A stretch of DNA of 63,250 bases, counting the filler. It is 6 parts of 6 records of this genome, joined end to end, with 100 filler letters (N's around TTAATTAATTAA, not from the genome) between each part and the next. Parts side by side here need not be neighbours in the genome. Positions count along the whole stretch, not along the records: positions 1 to 11,017 come from DRR723986_10308; positions 11,118 to 21,965 come from DRR723986_10310; 4 more parts are not named here. One strand, 5' to 3'. Of this stretch, positions 10,251-19,680 are shown piece after piece (the first letter of the stretch is position 1; each line of letters starts with the position of its first letter). The notes beneath the pieces were generated by a model. It ran no database searches and was not told the DNA's origin. It was given only the letters and a program-made list of their open reading frames with translations. The position numbers were made by a program, and so were the translations under genes.

Positions 10251-10934
10251 ATGAGCAAGTCACGCGACGCCTTTCGCACCATCAGCGAAGTAGCGGAATG
10301 GCTGGGAATTCAAGCCCATGTGTTACGGTTCTGGGAAAGCAAGTTTTCTCAGGTCAAACCTGTAAAGCGGGCCGGCGGGCGGCGCTATTACCGCCCTGCC
10401 GACATGCAATTGATTGGCGGAATCAAAAAGCTACTCCATGATGATGGGCTGACGATCAAAGGCGTGCAAAAAATCTTGCGCGAAAATGGCGTGGCCCACG
10501 TCAGTGCACTCTCCCAAGGATTGGAAGAAACGGCCCATTCGAATGCGACGGATCAAGAAACTGTTGTAAAATTTCAGGCCAAACCGTTTTTAGCCAGCGA
10601 AGTGTCTCAGATCGATATGGATCTTGGTCCAGAACCAGATGAAGATCCAGATGATGTGGCAGTGGTTGCCCTGCCGATTCAAAAACCAGCAGTGGTCGCA
10701 GCCGCTGCAACCTCAATCGCAGAGCCTGAGCCAAATGAACCCGCTCCTGTTGGTACCCCGGTTGCAGATTCGCCCGCAGTGGTTGAAATTGCAGAAGAAT
10801 ATGTGGCTGGTCCTCTACAACATCTGAGCAGAAATTCAGTTTTCTCATCTGCGACTTTGGCCGCCATGCGCCCAATTGCCAATGAACTAAGGGCTTGGCT
10901 TGATCGGCAGGAAACAAGTTCTGCAAGTTCGTAA
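10251..10934 (+). CDS. MerR-family regulator with low-complexity C-terminal tail
   Basis: FRTISEVA...HVLRFWE...GGRRYYR; conserved position after ihfA. Confidence 0.92.
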   Translation: MSKSRDAFRTISEVAEWLGIQAHVLRFWESKFSQVKPVKRAGGRRYYRPADMQLIGGIKKLLHDDGLTIKGVQKILRENGVAHVSALSQGLEETAHSNATDQETVVKFQAKPFLASEVSQIDMDLGPEPDEDPDDVAVVALPIQKPAVVAAAATSIAEPEPNEPAPVGTPVADSPAVVEIAEEYVAGPLQHLSRNSVFSSATLAAMRPIANELRAWLDRQETSSASS

Positions 10935-10992
10935 AAAAGCCTCAGATTACCTCTTGCCCCGCCCGTCAAAACCGTTATGAAAGCTCCAACGT

Positions 10993-11017
10993 CGGGCTAT
11001 GGCGCAGCCTGGTAGCG
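10993..11017 (+). tRNA. tRNA 5' fragment, probably tRNA-Pro (anticodon not in window)
   Basis: CGGGCTATGGCGCAGCCTGGTAGCG (acceptor stem and D-arm); usual position after ihfA-MerR. Confidence 0.8.
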
Positions 11018-11117
11018 NNNNNNNNNNNNNNNNNNNNNNNNNNNNNNNNNNNNNNNNNNNNTTAATTAATTAANNNNNNNNNNNNNNNNNNNNNNNNNNN
11101 NNNNNNNNNNNNNNNNN
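11018..11117. other. Artificial contig junction (N spacer with TTAATTAATTAA)
   Basis: Same spacer at all five gaps; composition and gene style change across it. Confidence 0.98.
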
Positions 11118-11118
11118 C

Positions 11119-11835
11119 CCGAAAAACCTGGTCGCTCGCAAGGCCCGGTATCTGCTTGGCACCGAAGCCCCCGTTAACGCCGAGGTGATCAACCAATCCG
11201 GGGTGGCGGTTCAGGGCTTTCCCATGGCCGAATACCTGCTGTTCGACGAGCAACTCAACAGTGGGGAGAACGCCCTGCCCGCAGCCAAAAACTGTGAGGT
11301 GCTCTCGGCGGTCACCCGGCATATGGCACGTAATGCCCGGGGGCTCGCAGACAGCTGGGCGAGTTTCAAACAACACTATCTGGACACCGGGCCATACCGC
11401 GACACCACCATCAAAGCCGGCATGACGGCGCTTGAAATACTGGAAGAGCGACGGCTGGCGCAGCCCATGGGGCTAAGGGGCAATGGCAAACGCAATCCTT
11501 ACATCACCGATGCCTGGCGCAGTGGCCAGAGTCTGATGGCGGTGGAAGCAACAGTGGCAGGGCTCGAGAAATTCTACCTTCCCGGACTGATCACCTTACT
11601 GAAAACCGACGGCGAGGCCGAACTGGCAGAGCGCATTCAGAGGCAGTTTGAGGAAGTGGCTGACAACTTTCCGGAAGGCCATGGTGCCATGGCAACGCTC
11701 ATGGAGAGTGATGAGCGGTTCCGCATTCTGCAAGGGCTCTTTGTGGATGTTTCCCAGCTTTCAACGCTGATCAATGACGAAGCCGCCGTGGCACTTGGCG
11801 TAGTGCGTGGCTTCAACTCAAGTGACGGCGACTGA
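11119..11835 (+). CDS. Imelysin-family protein (5'-truncated)
   Basis: Frame open from contig start (PKNLVARK); QGFPMAEYLLF; C-terminal GFNSSDGD. Confidence 0.88.
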   Translation, partial: PKNLVARKARYLLGTEAPVNAEVINQSGVAVQGFPMAEYLLFDEQLNSGENALPAAKNCEVLSAVTRHMARNARGLADSWASFKQHYLDTGPYRDTTIKAGMTALEILEERRLAQPMGLRGNGKRNPYITDAWRSGQSLMAVEATVAGLEKFYLPGLITLLKTDGEAELAERIQRQFEEVADNFPEGHGAMATLMESDERFRILQGLFVDVSQLSTLINDEAAVALGVVRGFNSSDGD

Positions 11836-11847
11836 ACAGGTATACCC

Positions 11848-12942
11848 ATGCTCATCCATCGCAGAACCCTGATCAAAGCCACCGTCGCCGGAGGTATGGC
11901 CGCCACCTTCACCGGCTGCTCGTTGCTCCCCCGCAAAACCGGCCCACAGCCCGAACGCTATGCCGGCGCGGTTGGCCTGCCGGATGGACGCTTTGGCGTG
12001 AGTGCCTTTGATCGATCCGGCAACGTTCAGTGGCAGGCGCCGGTAGACACCCGATGCCACAGCGGCTGTAACCGGCCCGGCCGAAAAGATACTCTGTTTT
12101 TTGAGCGCCGACCGGGCTGGTCGTTCTATGTTTTCGATGCAGAAACCGGGCAACGCAGACACCGCATTATGGCCCCGAAAGGCGAACACTTTGTCGGCCA
12201 CGGCGTGTTCTCACCTGATGGCCGGTGGCTCTACGCCACGGCCAGCCGCTACCAGCCCGGCGAAGGCATTGTCGCCGTCTACGATGCCGAGCAGGACTAT
12301 AAACGGGTGGACACCTTTGAACTGGCCGGCATCGGGCCCCATGAGCTTACCCTGCATCCGGACGGCAACACTCTGGTCATCGGCCTGGGCGGCATTCTGA
12401 CCCACCCTGATTACGACCGCATCAAACTCAATCTGGATACCATGCAACCGGCCCTGATTCTGATGGACCGCCGGTCCGGCCAGATCGTTGGCCGCTTTAC
12501 CCCTGCCCACCACCAGCAGAGCTCCCGCCACGTCAGCGTCAGTACCGAAGGCAAAGTCTATGTTGCCTACCAGTACCAGGGCCCCCTCTACGAGAGACCT
12601 CCGCTGCTGGCGCGCATAGAAGATGGGCAACTCCGGGAATATCGCTTTGACCCGGTAACCCAGGCCGCTCTCGGCAACTACATCGCCAGCGTGGTGGCCC
12701 ATCCTGAAAACGACTTGATCGCCGCCGCTTCCCCCGTGGGCGGCACCGTTATTGTCTTCCGCGGCAAGACCGGGGAGCTGGTTGCCAAAGCCCGCATCAC
12801 TGACTGCGCCGGCATTCAGACTCTGGCAGGAGGCGATTTCCTGGTGTCCTCGGGACAGGGCCGACTGGTGCAACTGAGCGCCGGACAAGCTGCGAAAGAC
12901 ATCGCGCGGCTACCGGTACAGTGGGACCACCACCTGGTCTGA
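11848..12942 (+). CDS. DUF1513 beta-propeller protein with Tat signal
   Basis: RRTLIK Tat motif; RRPG, HFVGHGVFS, GIGPHE, GGILTHP and WDHH motifs; usual imelysin neighbour. Confidence 0.9.
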   Translation: MLIHRRTLIKATVAGGMAATFTGCSLLPRKTGPQPERYAGAVGLPDGRFGVSAFDRSGNVQWQAPVDTRCHSGCNRPGRKDTLFFERRPGWSFYVFDAETGQRRHRIMAPKGEHFVGHGVFSPDGRWLYATASRYQPGEGIVAVYDAEQDYKRVDTFELAGIGPHELTLHPDGNTLVIGLGGILTHPDYDRIKLNLDTMQPALILMDRRSGQIVGRFTPAHHQQSSRHVSVSTEGKVYVAYQYQGPLYERPPLLARIEDGQLREYRFDPVTQAALGNYIASVVAHPENDLIAAASPVGGTVIVFRGKTGELVAKARITDCAGIQTLAGGDFLVSSGQGRLVQLSAGQAAKDIARLPVQWDHHLV

Positions 12943-12992
12943 CCGGCACCGCTGGTCCTCCCGCTTAAGCACACCCGAGCTAACTGGTATGC

Positions 12993-14336
12993 TTGGCAAA
13001 CATTTTTCCGGAGGACGGCCCTTTGCCAGCAACCAAACCCGACACCATCGACCAGCTCTACGGACTGATTGCCAACGAAGAGGACGCACGGGTCTGTAAA
13101 GACATCCCTGAGGAAGCCTGTCGGGAAGTACCCCGAAACTTCTTCCTGATTCTGTTCAGCAATGTGCTCACCAAACTCGGAGACTTGCTGATCAGCCCCA
13201 AGACCGTGCTGGCCTGGCTGATGAGTGCCGTTGGCGCACCGGCTCTGGTAGCCTGGTTGGTGCCTATCCGGGAATCCGGCTCCATGGTGCCACAAATGGT
13301 GATCGCCGCCTGGGTGCGTCGCAAGGCGGTGCGCAAATGGTTCTGGACCCTGGGCAGTTTCGGGCAGGCCGTCAGCGTGGCTGCGATGGCGGCAAGCGTG
13401 TGGTTTCTTGAAGGCTATGCGGCCGGTGGCGGCATTGTCGCGGCGCTTATTGTGTTTTCACTGGCCCGGGGATTCTGTTCGGTCTCCATGAAAGACGTTC
13501 AGGGCAAATGTATCCCCAAAACCCGCCGGGGCCGGCTGTCTGGGCTGGCAACCACCATTGGTGGCACCGCCACGGTGGTGCTCACAGGACTGCTGTTCTG
13601 GGATCGGGGCGACCCCAGCATTGCCTTTTACACCACATTGCTGCTCCTGGCAGCTACGCTGTGGGTGATTGCCGGGGTTCTGTTTGCCAATGTGGAAGAG
13701 TATGCCGGGGAAACAGGGGGCGGTGGCAACGCGATCAACGAGGCTTTTAAAAGTCTGTCGCTGCTACGGGACGATGCGCGCTTCAGGCATTTTGTCATCA
13801 CTCGTGCACTGCTTTTGTGTTCGGCTCTGGCGTCTCCCTATTTCGTGGTGCTCGCCCAACAGGAATCCGATATTGGCTGGATGCTGGGCGTCTTTCTGCT
13901 CGCCAGCAGTCTGGCCAGCTCCCTGAGCGCCAGCTTCTGGGGTTGGGCCGCCGACACCTCCAGCCGCCGAGTGATGATTCGGGGTGCCACCATGGCCAGC
14001 TCGGTCTGCCTGGTGGTTGGTGTTCTGGCACTGGTGCTGGGCCCCGGGTTTGGCGGTGCCTGGTTCTATCCGGTGGCGTTTTTTGTGCTGAGTATTGCCC
14101 ATGCCGGCGTGCGCCTGGGGCGCAAAACCTATCTGGTGGATATGGCCGGAGGCAACAAACGGACAGACTACACTGCGGTCAGCAATACCGTTATCGGTGT
14201 GTTGCTGCTGGTAACCGGGGGGTTCACAGCCGCCATTTCCATGATTTCGGACGTGGCGGTGATTCTGGTATTGGGACTGATGGGGCTGGCGGGCATGCTG
14301 AGCGCATTACGCCTGGAAGAAGTGACGGAAGACTGA
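12993..14336 (+). CDS. MFS transporter
   Basis: About 12 hydrophobic helices; LVPIRESGS and GVRLGRKTYLVDMA. Confidence 0.85.
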   Translation: MANIFPEDGPLPATKPDTIDQLYGLIANEEDARVCKDIPEEACREVPRNFFLILFSNVLTKLGDLLISPKTVLAWLMSAVGAPALVAWLVPIRESGSMVPQMVIAAWVRRKAVRKWFWTLGSFGQAVSVAAMAASVWFLEGYAAGGGIVAALIVFSLARGFCSVSMKDVQGKCIPKTRRGRLSGLATTIGGTATVVLTGLLFWDRGDPSIAFYTTLLLLAATLWVIAGVLFANVEEYAGETGGGGNAINEAFKSLSLLRDDARFRHFVITRALLLCSALASPYFVVLAQQESDIGWMLGVFLLASSLASSLSASFWGWAADTSSRRVMIRGATMASSVCLVVGVLALVLGPGFGGAWFYPVAFFVLSIAHAGVRLGRKTYLVDMAGGNKRTDYTAVSNTVIGVLLLVTGGFTAAISMISDVAVILVLGLMGLAGMLSALRLEEVTED

Positions 14337-14351
14337 GCCATCAAGACCCCG

Positions 14352-14720
14352 TTAAATCGGGGTCTTGCCATCGTTCAGGGCCAGGGCACCTTTGACAATT
14401 CGGTAGATCACCCAGATCGCAATACCCAGCAGAATAAACCAGCCCACAATCAGCATGGTGGTAATCACCCCGATGACTGTCCACAGCAAACCAATCCAGA
14501 AGGTGCGGATCTGCCAGCGGAAATGGGGCTCTATCCAGGTACCACGGACATCATCCAGTTTGACGTAGTTGATAATCACGCCCACCAGTGCCGTCACCCC
14601 CCCCAGAAAAAAAGACAACGCCTGCAGGATGTAAACCACCACCGCCAGATTCCTCGCAGAGCTGGGCTGCTGTGATTGCTGGCCGTCAGGTTTTGCGGGG
14701 ATATACTCGGTTTCGGACAC
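14352..14720 (-). CDS. DUF4870-like membrane protein
   Basis: HFRWQIRTFW and YRIVKG motifs; 3 TM helices. Confidence 0.8.
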   Translation of the reverse strand: MSETEYIPAKPDGQQSQQPSSARNLAVVVYILQALSFFLGGVTALVGVIINYVKLDDVRGTWIEPHFRWQIRTFWIGLLWTVIGVITTMLIVGWFILLGIAIWVIYRIVKGALALNDGKTPI

Positions 14721-14781
14721 AGGCGTTCTCCTTGTTACGTCCCCGGCAGTCTATCACAGCCTTGGCGGGTGCCCAGTGCGA

Positions 14782-16422
14782 TCAATTCCCCGCCGGCCGA
14801 TACCCAACCCGGAACCCGCCCCAGTGCTTGCCGTTCACATAGATGGGCACCGACAGATCGTGCATGATTTCACCAGTGTCCCGGCGATAGGTCTGGAGCA
14901 GCATACTTTCGGTATGACTCCCGCAGCGAATGCCAGTGCGGTCATTGAACAGTCGCTTGCTGCGGCTTTTCACCAGGTCCACTTCCGGATTACCACTCGG
15001 CGGGTGGGCAAAATCCTTATTATGGGTAGGCACATAACCGTCCGGCGTGCAGGCGATGGAGAACACAATGGCCTCATGGGATTTCTTGATGGGCTCCTGT
15101 ATTGCCGGAAACACTTGGTCAGTAAACCGATCGAAGCTGCTGGAATACTGTTGGGGCTGGGTGTTGGCAATCGGTGTTCGCTTCTTGTCAAACAGCGCCG
15201 CTTCACTCAAACGGCCCTCTCGAATTGCCGCCTCAAACAATTGGCCAATCTGCTGCGCCCCTTCCAGTGCTTTCTCATAAAACGGCCGGTGGTAGCTTTC
15301 GCTGCTGTTCAGCGCAAAGGCAGCATTCGCCTTCTCCGCCAGCTCCATCAACGTGGAAGCCTGGTCCGCCAGCGATGCCACACTGGTATCACTTTCGGAT
15401 ATATGGTCACGGACAGACTCAATAGCCGAAAACACCTGGGCCAGACTCTGCTCGTTGTTCTGGTCGATCTCGGCAATACGGGCAACCTGCTGCTGAACCC
15501 GGTCGGATTGATCCCGAATCTGATCCAGCTGGCCGCCAACGCTCTCCACAGATGCCAGCCCGTCTTCCACGGTTTTCGCCAGAGATTCAATGCGGGACAC
15601 AATCTTGGTTGTATCATTCTGGATTTCGTCGAGGGTGTCCGCCACTTCACTGGTGGCCTGGGCAGTGCGCCCGGCCAACTGCCGGACTTCATCGGCCACC
15701 ACCGCAAACCCGCGGCCCTGTTCACCGGCGCGGGCCGCCTCAATAGCGGCATTCAGTGCCAAAAGATTAGTCTGCTCGGCGATACCCTGAATGGTGGACG
15801 TCACGCCCTGGATCTTGCCGGATTTTTCATGCAACGCCTGAATCAACCTGAGGTTTTCTTCCGACTGTTGATGCACCAGGCGCACATTTTCAATGGCCGA
15901 CACCAATGACTGACGTCCCTCCACGCTGACTTCGCGATTCTGCAATGCCATGGTGGCGGCGTTGGTGGCCTGTTCCGATGATTCCCGAACCGATTCCGTG
16001 ATCTGGCCGGCGTAATCGGCCATCTGAGCGGTTTCTTCCACCTGTCGGTCCAGGCGCTGCTTCACCTGATCCGCCGCAAATGAGACTTCGGCGGCCGAGA
16101 TGGCATTCTTGTCGGCACTGGCCGAGAGGGTTTCAACCAGGGCCTTGCCCACACGGGCATCCGCCAGAAGCTGCGCACACTGAGCCCGCAAGGGATGATT
16201 GTCAGCCATGGAGCCATCATTCAGGTCGTTGATTCCACGCTCTATTGGTTCAAGCACCCGTAAAACCAGATAGCAAGCCGCAGCAGCAAGGCCCACAAGG
16301 AGCCCGATTAACAGAGAGGCGGCATCGAGCCCCATCAACGGAGCCACCAGAATGCAGGCAATACCGAGCGCAACAGCAATGCCCGCCCCCCATATAATTG
16401 CAGTGCGATCGAGTAAACCCAT
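14782..16422 (-). CDS. Methyl-accepting chemotaxis protein with C-terminal extra domain
   Basis: [34 protein letters not shown]; two N-terminal TM helices. Confidence 0.95.
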   Translation of the reverse strand: MGLLDRTAIIWGAGIAVALGIACILVAPLMGLDAASLLIGLLVGLAAAACYLVLRVLEPIERGINDLNDGSMADNHPLRAQCAQLLADARVGKALVETLSASADKNAISAAEVSFAADQVKQRLDRQVEETAQMADYAGQITESVRESSEQATNAATMALQNREVSVEGRQSLVSAIENVRLVHQQSEENLRLIQALHEKSGKIQGVTSTIQGIAEQTNLLALNAAIEAARAGEQGRGFAVVADEVRQLAGRTAQATSEVADTLDEIQNDTTKIVSRIESLAKTVEDGLASVESVGGQLDQIRDQSDRVQQQVARIAEIDQNNEQSLAQVFSAIESVRDHISESDTSVASLADQASTLMELAEKANAAFALNSSESYHRPFYEKALEGAQQIGQLFEAAIREGRLSEAALFDKKRTPIANTQPQQYSSSFDRFTDQVFPAIQEPIKKSHEAIVFSIACTPDGYVPTHNKDFAHPPSGNPEVDLVKSRSKRLFNDRTGIRCGSHTESMLLQTYRRDTGEIMHDLSVPIYVNGKHWGGFRVGYRPAGN

Positions 16423-16557
16423 GGTGCCCTCATCTTTGTCATTGCTAACGCAAGCATGTTGTTATTGCAGGCCATCCCTGAGGTTAAAGAAATGATATAG
16501 GTTAATAACTCCTACTTTAGTGGACTAAAGATACCACTATTGCAGGGCCCGAGGAGT

Positions 16558-16584
16558 TTATCGGCATCTGGAAGGAAATCTGAA
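16558..16584 (-). promoter_or_regulatory. Sigma28 (FliA) promoter for the MCP gene: TTCAGATT-N11-GCCGATAA
   Basis: Perfect GCCGATAA -10 with correct spacing, upstream of a chemoreceptor. Confidence 0.65.
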
Positions 16585-16595
16585 ATGCAGAAGAG

Positions 16596-16631
16596 AAAAG
16601 CCCGGGCGGAACGAGTCCGCCCGGGCTTTTT
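16596..16631. terminator. Intrinsic terminator downstream of phoX
   Basis: AAAAGCCCGGGCGGA-acgag-TCCGCCCGGGCTTTTT. Confidence 0.85.
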
Positions 16632-16659
16632 GGCAGCGCCTGACAACCGTTATGGCTGA

Positions 16660-18675
16660 TCAGGCACCGATAACGCCACCATCAACGCGGGTTACGATAA
16701 CCGTTGCATCACGCGGACGCGGATCGTTAGCATCCGGCCAGTTTGCTTCCGGGTGCTGGATATTGACGAACATGGTCTTCACATCCGGTGTGGAGACAAC
16801 GCCTGTAACCTCACAGCCAACCGGCCCAACGAAGAAACGCTTGATCTCGCGGGTTTCCGGGTTGGCCGCCAGCATCATGTTGTTCTGATAAGGTGCTGCA
16901 TCGGAGCCGTCGGTCTGAATCCAGAGGCGGCCGTTATAATCGAACCAGAGGCCATCCGGACTGTTGAAGATGTTGTCATCAGTCAGAGATACGATGACCT
17001 GGTCATCAACCACGGTTTCCGTGCCCTGCTCACCGGCGAACACGAAGATATCCCAGTCAAAGCTGGTTGCAGTGTGATCGTTACCGTCCTCGCTCCAGCG
17101 AATAATATGACCGGTGCGGTTGTTGGCATTCGGATTTGCCGCGTTAACCTGCTCCTCCGTCCGGCGGGAGTTATTGGTCAGCGTAAAGTAAACCTGACCG
17201 GAATTCGGATCTACAGCCCCCCACTCCGGGCGATCCATCGGGGTCGCACCTGCGATGTCGGCGGCCAGGCGAGTGTTCAACAAAACATCAGCCTGATTCT
17301 CAAAACCATCAAACTGAACGTTGCCAACCATTTCGCCCTGGGCCGCAGCCACTTTGGCAGCAAAATCCGCATCGTTCAGATCCAGCGCCAGCCAGTCGCC
17401 TGAGCCATCGTCGTTAAAGCGAGCCACGTAGAGCGTGCCCTCGTCCAGGAGGTAGCCACCGGCCGTTGCAGCGTAGTAGGGCTTTGAGGAGACAAATTTG
17501 TAGATGTACTCGAAACGGGAATCATCACCGGAATAACATACGACCGGCTCACCTTCCTTAACCGGCGCAAAAATCACACCCTCGTGACCAAAGCGGCCCA
17601 GCGCAGTTCGCTTCTGTGGCTTGCTCTCTGGAGTAAACGGATCAATTTCCACCATGAAACCGTAGGTATTGGCCTCATTCCGGTAATCATCCGCCGCCGA
17701 CGCACCCGTCGGGGTAACATCAAAGCGCACGTATTGATCCGCACCGCTGTCAGCCAACTCCCAGTCGTAGCGGCTTGAATCGCCGACGCCATGACGGGTC
17801 TGCTCCCGGGGCTGCGTTGCATCGCTATTAGCGAAGTACCCGTGCCAGTTTTCCTCAGCCGCAAGGTAAGTTCCCCACGGCGTCGGGCCCATCGCGCAGT
17901 TGTTCAGAGTACCGCGGGTTTCCGTTGCATTCGGGCTGTATTTGGTGACCAGTTTGTCGTAACCACGCACGGTACCACGGATATCCATTTCGGTATTACC
18001 AGTAACCCGGCGATTAAACGGACTCCCGAAAACAATATCCCACTTGCCGCTGTTGTCGCGCTTGATATGAACCACAGACACACCGTGTGCGGCGATTTCC
18101 TTGCGCACTTCATCGGCCGGACGCATACCGTTGACGTAGGTAGCCCCGTTGGCATGCAAAGCGCCTTGATTGATGTACTCATGGTTCATCACCAACAGAC
18201 CTTCGCTGGAGCTGTTACCACCGGCTTTCAGGTCAATCGGGAAAAAGTGCACGCCGTCATGATGCATGCCCATTTGCTGCTCTTGCTCTTCTCCGGTATT
18301 GGTGCCATCCGGCTTGTAGGCTGGATAAGACCCGGTAATTGGCGTGCCCCAGGGAAGAAACGCTTCGGAGGAGTATCCGTCGGGAACAACGACCTGATTC
18401 GCGGTCGAAGTGGGGACAGCCTTGAAACCCAGTTCAGTGCTGGAGGCGTTTCCACCGGTAGTACCGCCATCGTTGTCACTATCACTGTCACTGCCACAAC
18501 CGGCAAGCCCCAACCCCATAACGCTGGCCAGAGCGGCGCCTACGCTACCTTTCATGACGGTACGACGCTGCATTCTGGCAGACAGTACCTGATGGAACGG
18601 GGTGTTTTCGGAATGATTGACGACTGGCTCGTAGTTCGGGTCCAGGTAATTGGGATCAAGATCGTGCTTGGCCAT
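16660..18675 (-). CDS. phoX: PhoX alkaline phosphatase (Tat lipoprotein)
   Basis: RRTVMK and LAGC; MNHEY, GTLNNC, TPWGTYLAAEEN, MDRPEW, CEVTG and NIQHP motifs. Confidence 0.95.
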   Translation of the reverse strand: MAKHDLDPNYLDPNYEPVVNHSENTPFHQVLSARMQRRTVMKGSVGAALASVMGLGLAGCGSDSDSDNDGGTTGGNASSTELGFKAVPTSTANQVVVPDGYSSEAFLPWGTPITGSYPAYKPDGTNTGEEQEQQMGMHHDGVHFFPIDLKAGGNSSSEGLLVMNHEYINQGALHANGATYVNGMRPADEVRKEIAAHGVSVVHIKRDNSGKWDIVFGSPFNRRVTGNTEMDIRGTVRGYDKLVTKYSPNATETRGTLNNCAMGPTPWGTYLAAEENWHGYFANSDATQPREQTRHGVGDSSRYDWELADSGADQYVRFDVTPTGASAADDYRNEANTYGFMVEIDPFTPESKPQKRTALGRFGHEGVIFAPVKEGEPVVCYSGDDSRFEYIYKFVSSKPYYAATAGGYLLDEGTLYVARFNDDGSGDWLALDLNDADFAAKVAAAQGEMVGNVQFDGFENQADVLLNTRLAADIAGATPMDRPEWGAVDPNSGQVYFTLTNNSRRTEEQVNAANPNANNRTGHIIRWSEDGNDHTATSFDWDIFVFAGEQGTETVVDDQVIVSLTDDNIFNSPDGLWFDYNGRLWIQTDGSDAAPYQNNMMLAANPETREIKRFFVGPVGCEVTGVVSTPDVKTMFVNIQHPEANWPDANDPRPRDATVIVTRVDGGVIGA

Positions 18676-18739
18676 GGTTTGCCTCTCTCGGATTGGTGGA
18701 CGAGTCCTTTATTTCGAGAGGCAAGTGTCGGCAAGTAAT

Positions 18740-18790
18740 GTGACAGGATGTAAACAGATTTAAGTCAGAATGTTGAACGTTCAGTGACAA
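18740..18790 (-). promoter_or_regulatory. Pho box array (five half-sites at 11-bp period) upstream of phoX
   Basis: Minus strand TTGTCAC-tgaa-CGTTCAA-catt-CTGACTT-aaat-CTGTTTA-catc-CTGTCAC versus PhoB consensus CTGTCAT-N4. Confidence 0.75.
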
Positions 18791-18807
18791 GCGGTGAAGC
18801 CGAAACA

Positions 18808-18833
18808 GAAACGGGGCCCAAAGGCCCCGTTTC
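18808..18833 (-). terminator. Hairpin terminator after lipoprotein gene
   Basis: GAAACGGGGCC-caaa-GGCCCCGTTTC. Confidence 0.7.
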
Positions 18834-18854
18834 CGCGCGACTCAACTCAGGGGA

Positions 18855-19169
18855 TTACTGAGTCATTTCGTCGTAGCCTTCTTCCATGGAGTCAGCTGCT
18901 TCATCCATGGAATCGCCGGCTTCATCGGCGGCTTCTTCAATTTCTTCGCCGGCATTTTCAGCGCCTTCCTGGATTTCACCAATCACGCCTTCGTCCTGGC
19001 CGGTGGCTTCTTCCCAGGTTTCTTCTGTGGCGTTAGCGGCGTCGTCCATCATTTCCTCGGCATTTTCACCCGCTTCTTCAAAATCCGCGCCTTCATCGCT
19101 CTCGGAGCTGCAGGCAGAAAGTCCAAGCGTGGCAACCAGTGCGAGTGCGCTCAAGGTAAACTTGTTCAT
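18855..19169 (-). CDS. Small highly acidic lipoprotein
   Basis: Lipobox LSAC; E/D/A-rich repetitive mature region. Confidence 0.8.
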   Translation of the reverse strand: MNKFTLSALALVATLGLSACSSESDEGADFEEAGENAEEMMDDAANATEETWEEATGQDEGVIGEIQEGAENAGEEIEEAADEAGDSMDEAADSMEEGYDEMTQ

Positions 19170-19248
19170 AACATGTCCCTCTGTCGGTATATGTGTACAA
19201 CGCCAACAGAGTAGAGGCAGCCCGTGGTCAATAGCAATTACCGGGCGA

Positions 19249-19500
19249 TTACCCTTTCGTTAACCGCTCACCGTCGATCATGATGATGTGGTCCGCTGAG
19301 ACCACCTGTCCTTTTCCCAGCACCACAAAATCCCGCCCGGCCCGGCTAAGTACCTCCCGGATAACGCCGTGAACCACGCAGACCTGTCCATTCGGGTCCT
19401 GATAGATGATTTCCGCCAGTTTCATGGCGCGCGCGTATTCCTGAAGCCGTTGTTGCAACGTCCAGGACATAGTAGCCGGAGATGGATTGGTGGCACTCAT
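19249..19500 (-). CDS. Small protein, possibly Rof/YaeO-like
   Basis: IIYQDPNG...GVIREVLSRAGRDFVVLGKG..VSADHII pattern; family call is by eye only. Confidence 0.5.
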   Translation of the reverse strand: MSATNPSPATMSWTLQQRLQEYARAMKLAEIIYQDPNGQVCVVHGVIREVLSRAGRDFVVLGKGQVVSADHIIMIDGERLTKG

Positions 19501-19680
19501 TCGACGCTTCCCTGTTTTTTTTGTTTCCAGAAGTCTGGACCACAAGCTCTGGATTCGCCAGCTGGAGCCGAATTGTCATTAGAGGCCAGTTCGCTTAACC
19601 AGACCCCTTACTTGTTGTATTGCCAGATTGTCCGACATAAATTGAACAAACAAACACAACGAGTTCCACGGAGAGCCCAT

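Noticed and set aside
11062-11073. TTAATTAATTAA repeated five times within N runs
   Set aside because: Synthetic all-frame-stop linker, not a biological repeat
14776-15909. 377-aa plus-strand ORF
   Set aside because: Antisense shadow of the MCP gene with no motifs
17791-18738. 315-aa plus-strand ORF
   Set aside because: Antisense shadow of phoX
19369-19680. N-terminal extension of alkB in the ORF track
   Set aside because: Overlaps a divergent gene; the RBS supports ATG 19681. Similar over-extensions were trimmed for GT11, M20, TRAP and hpt
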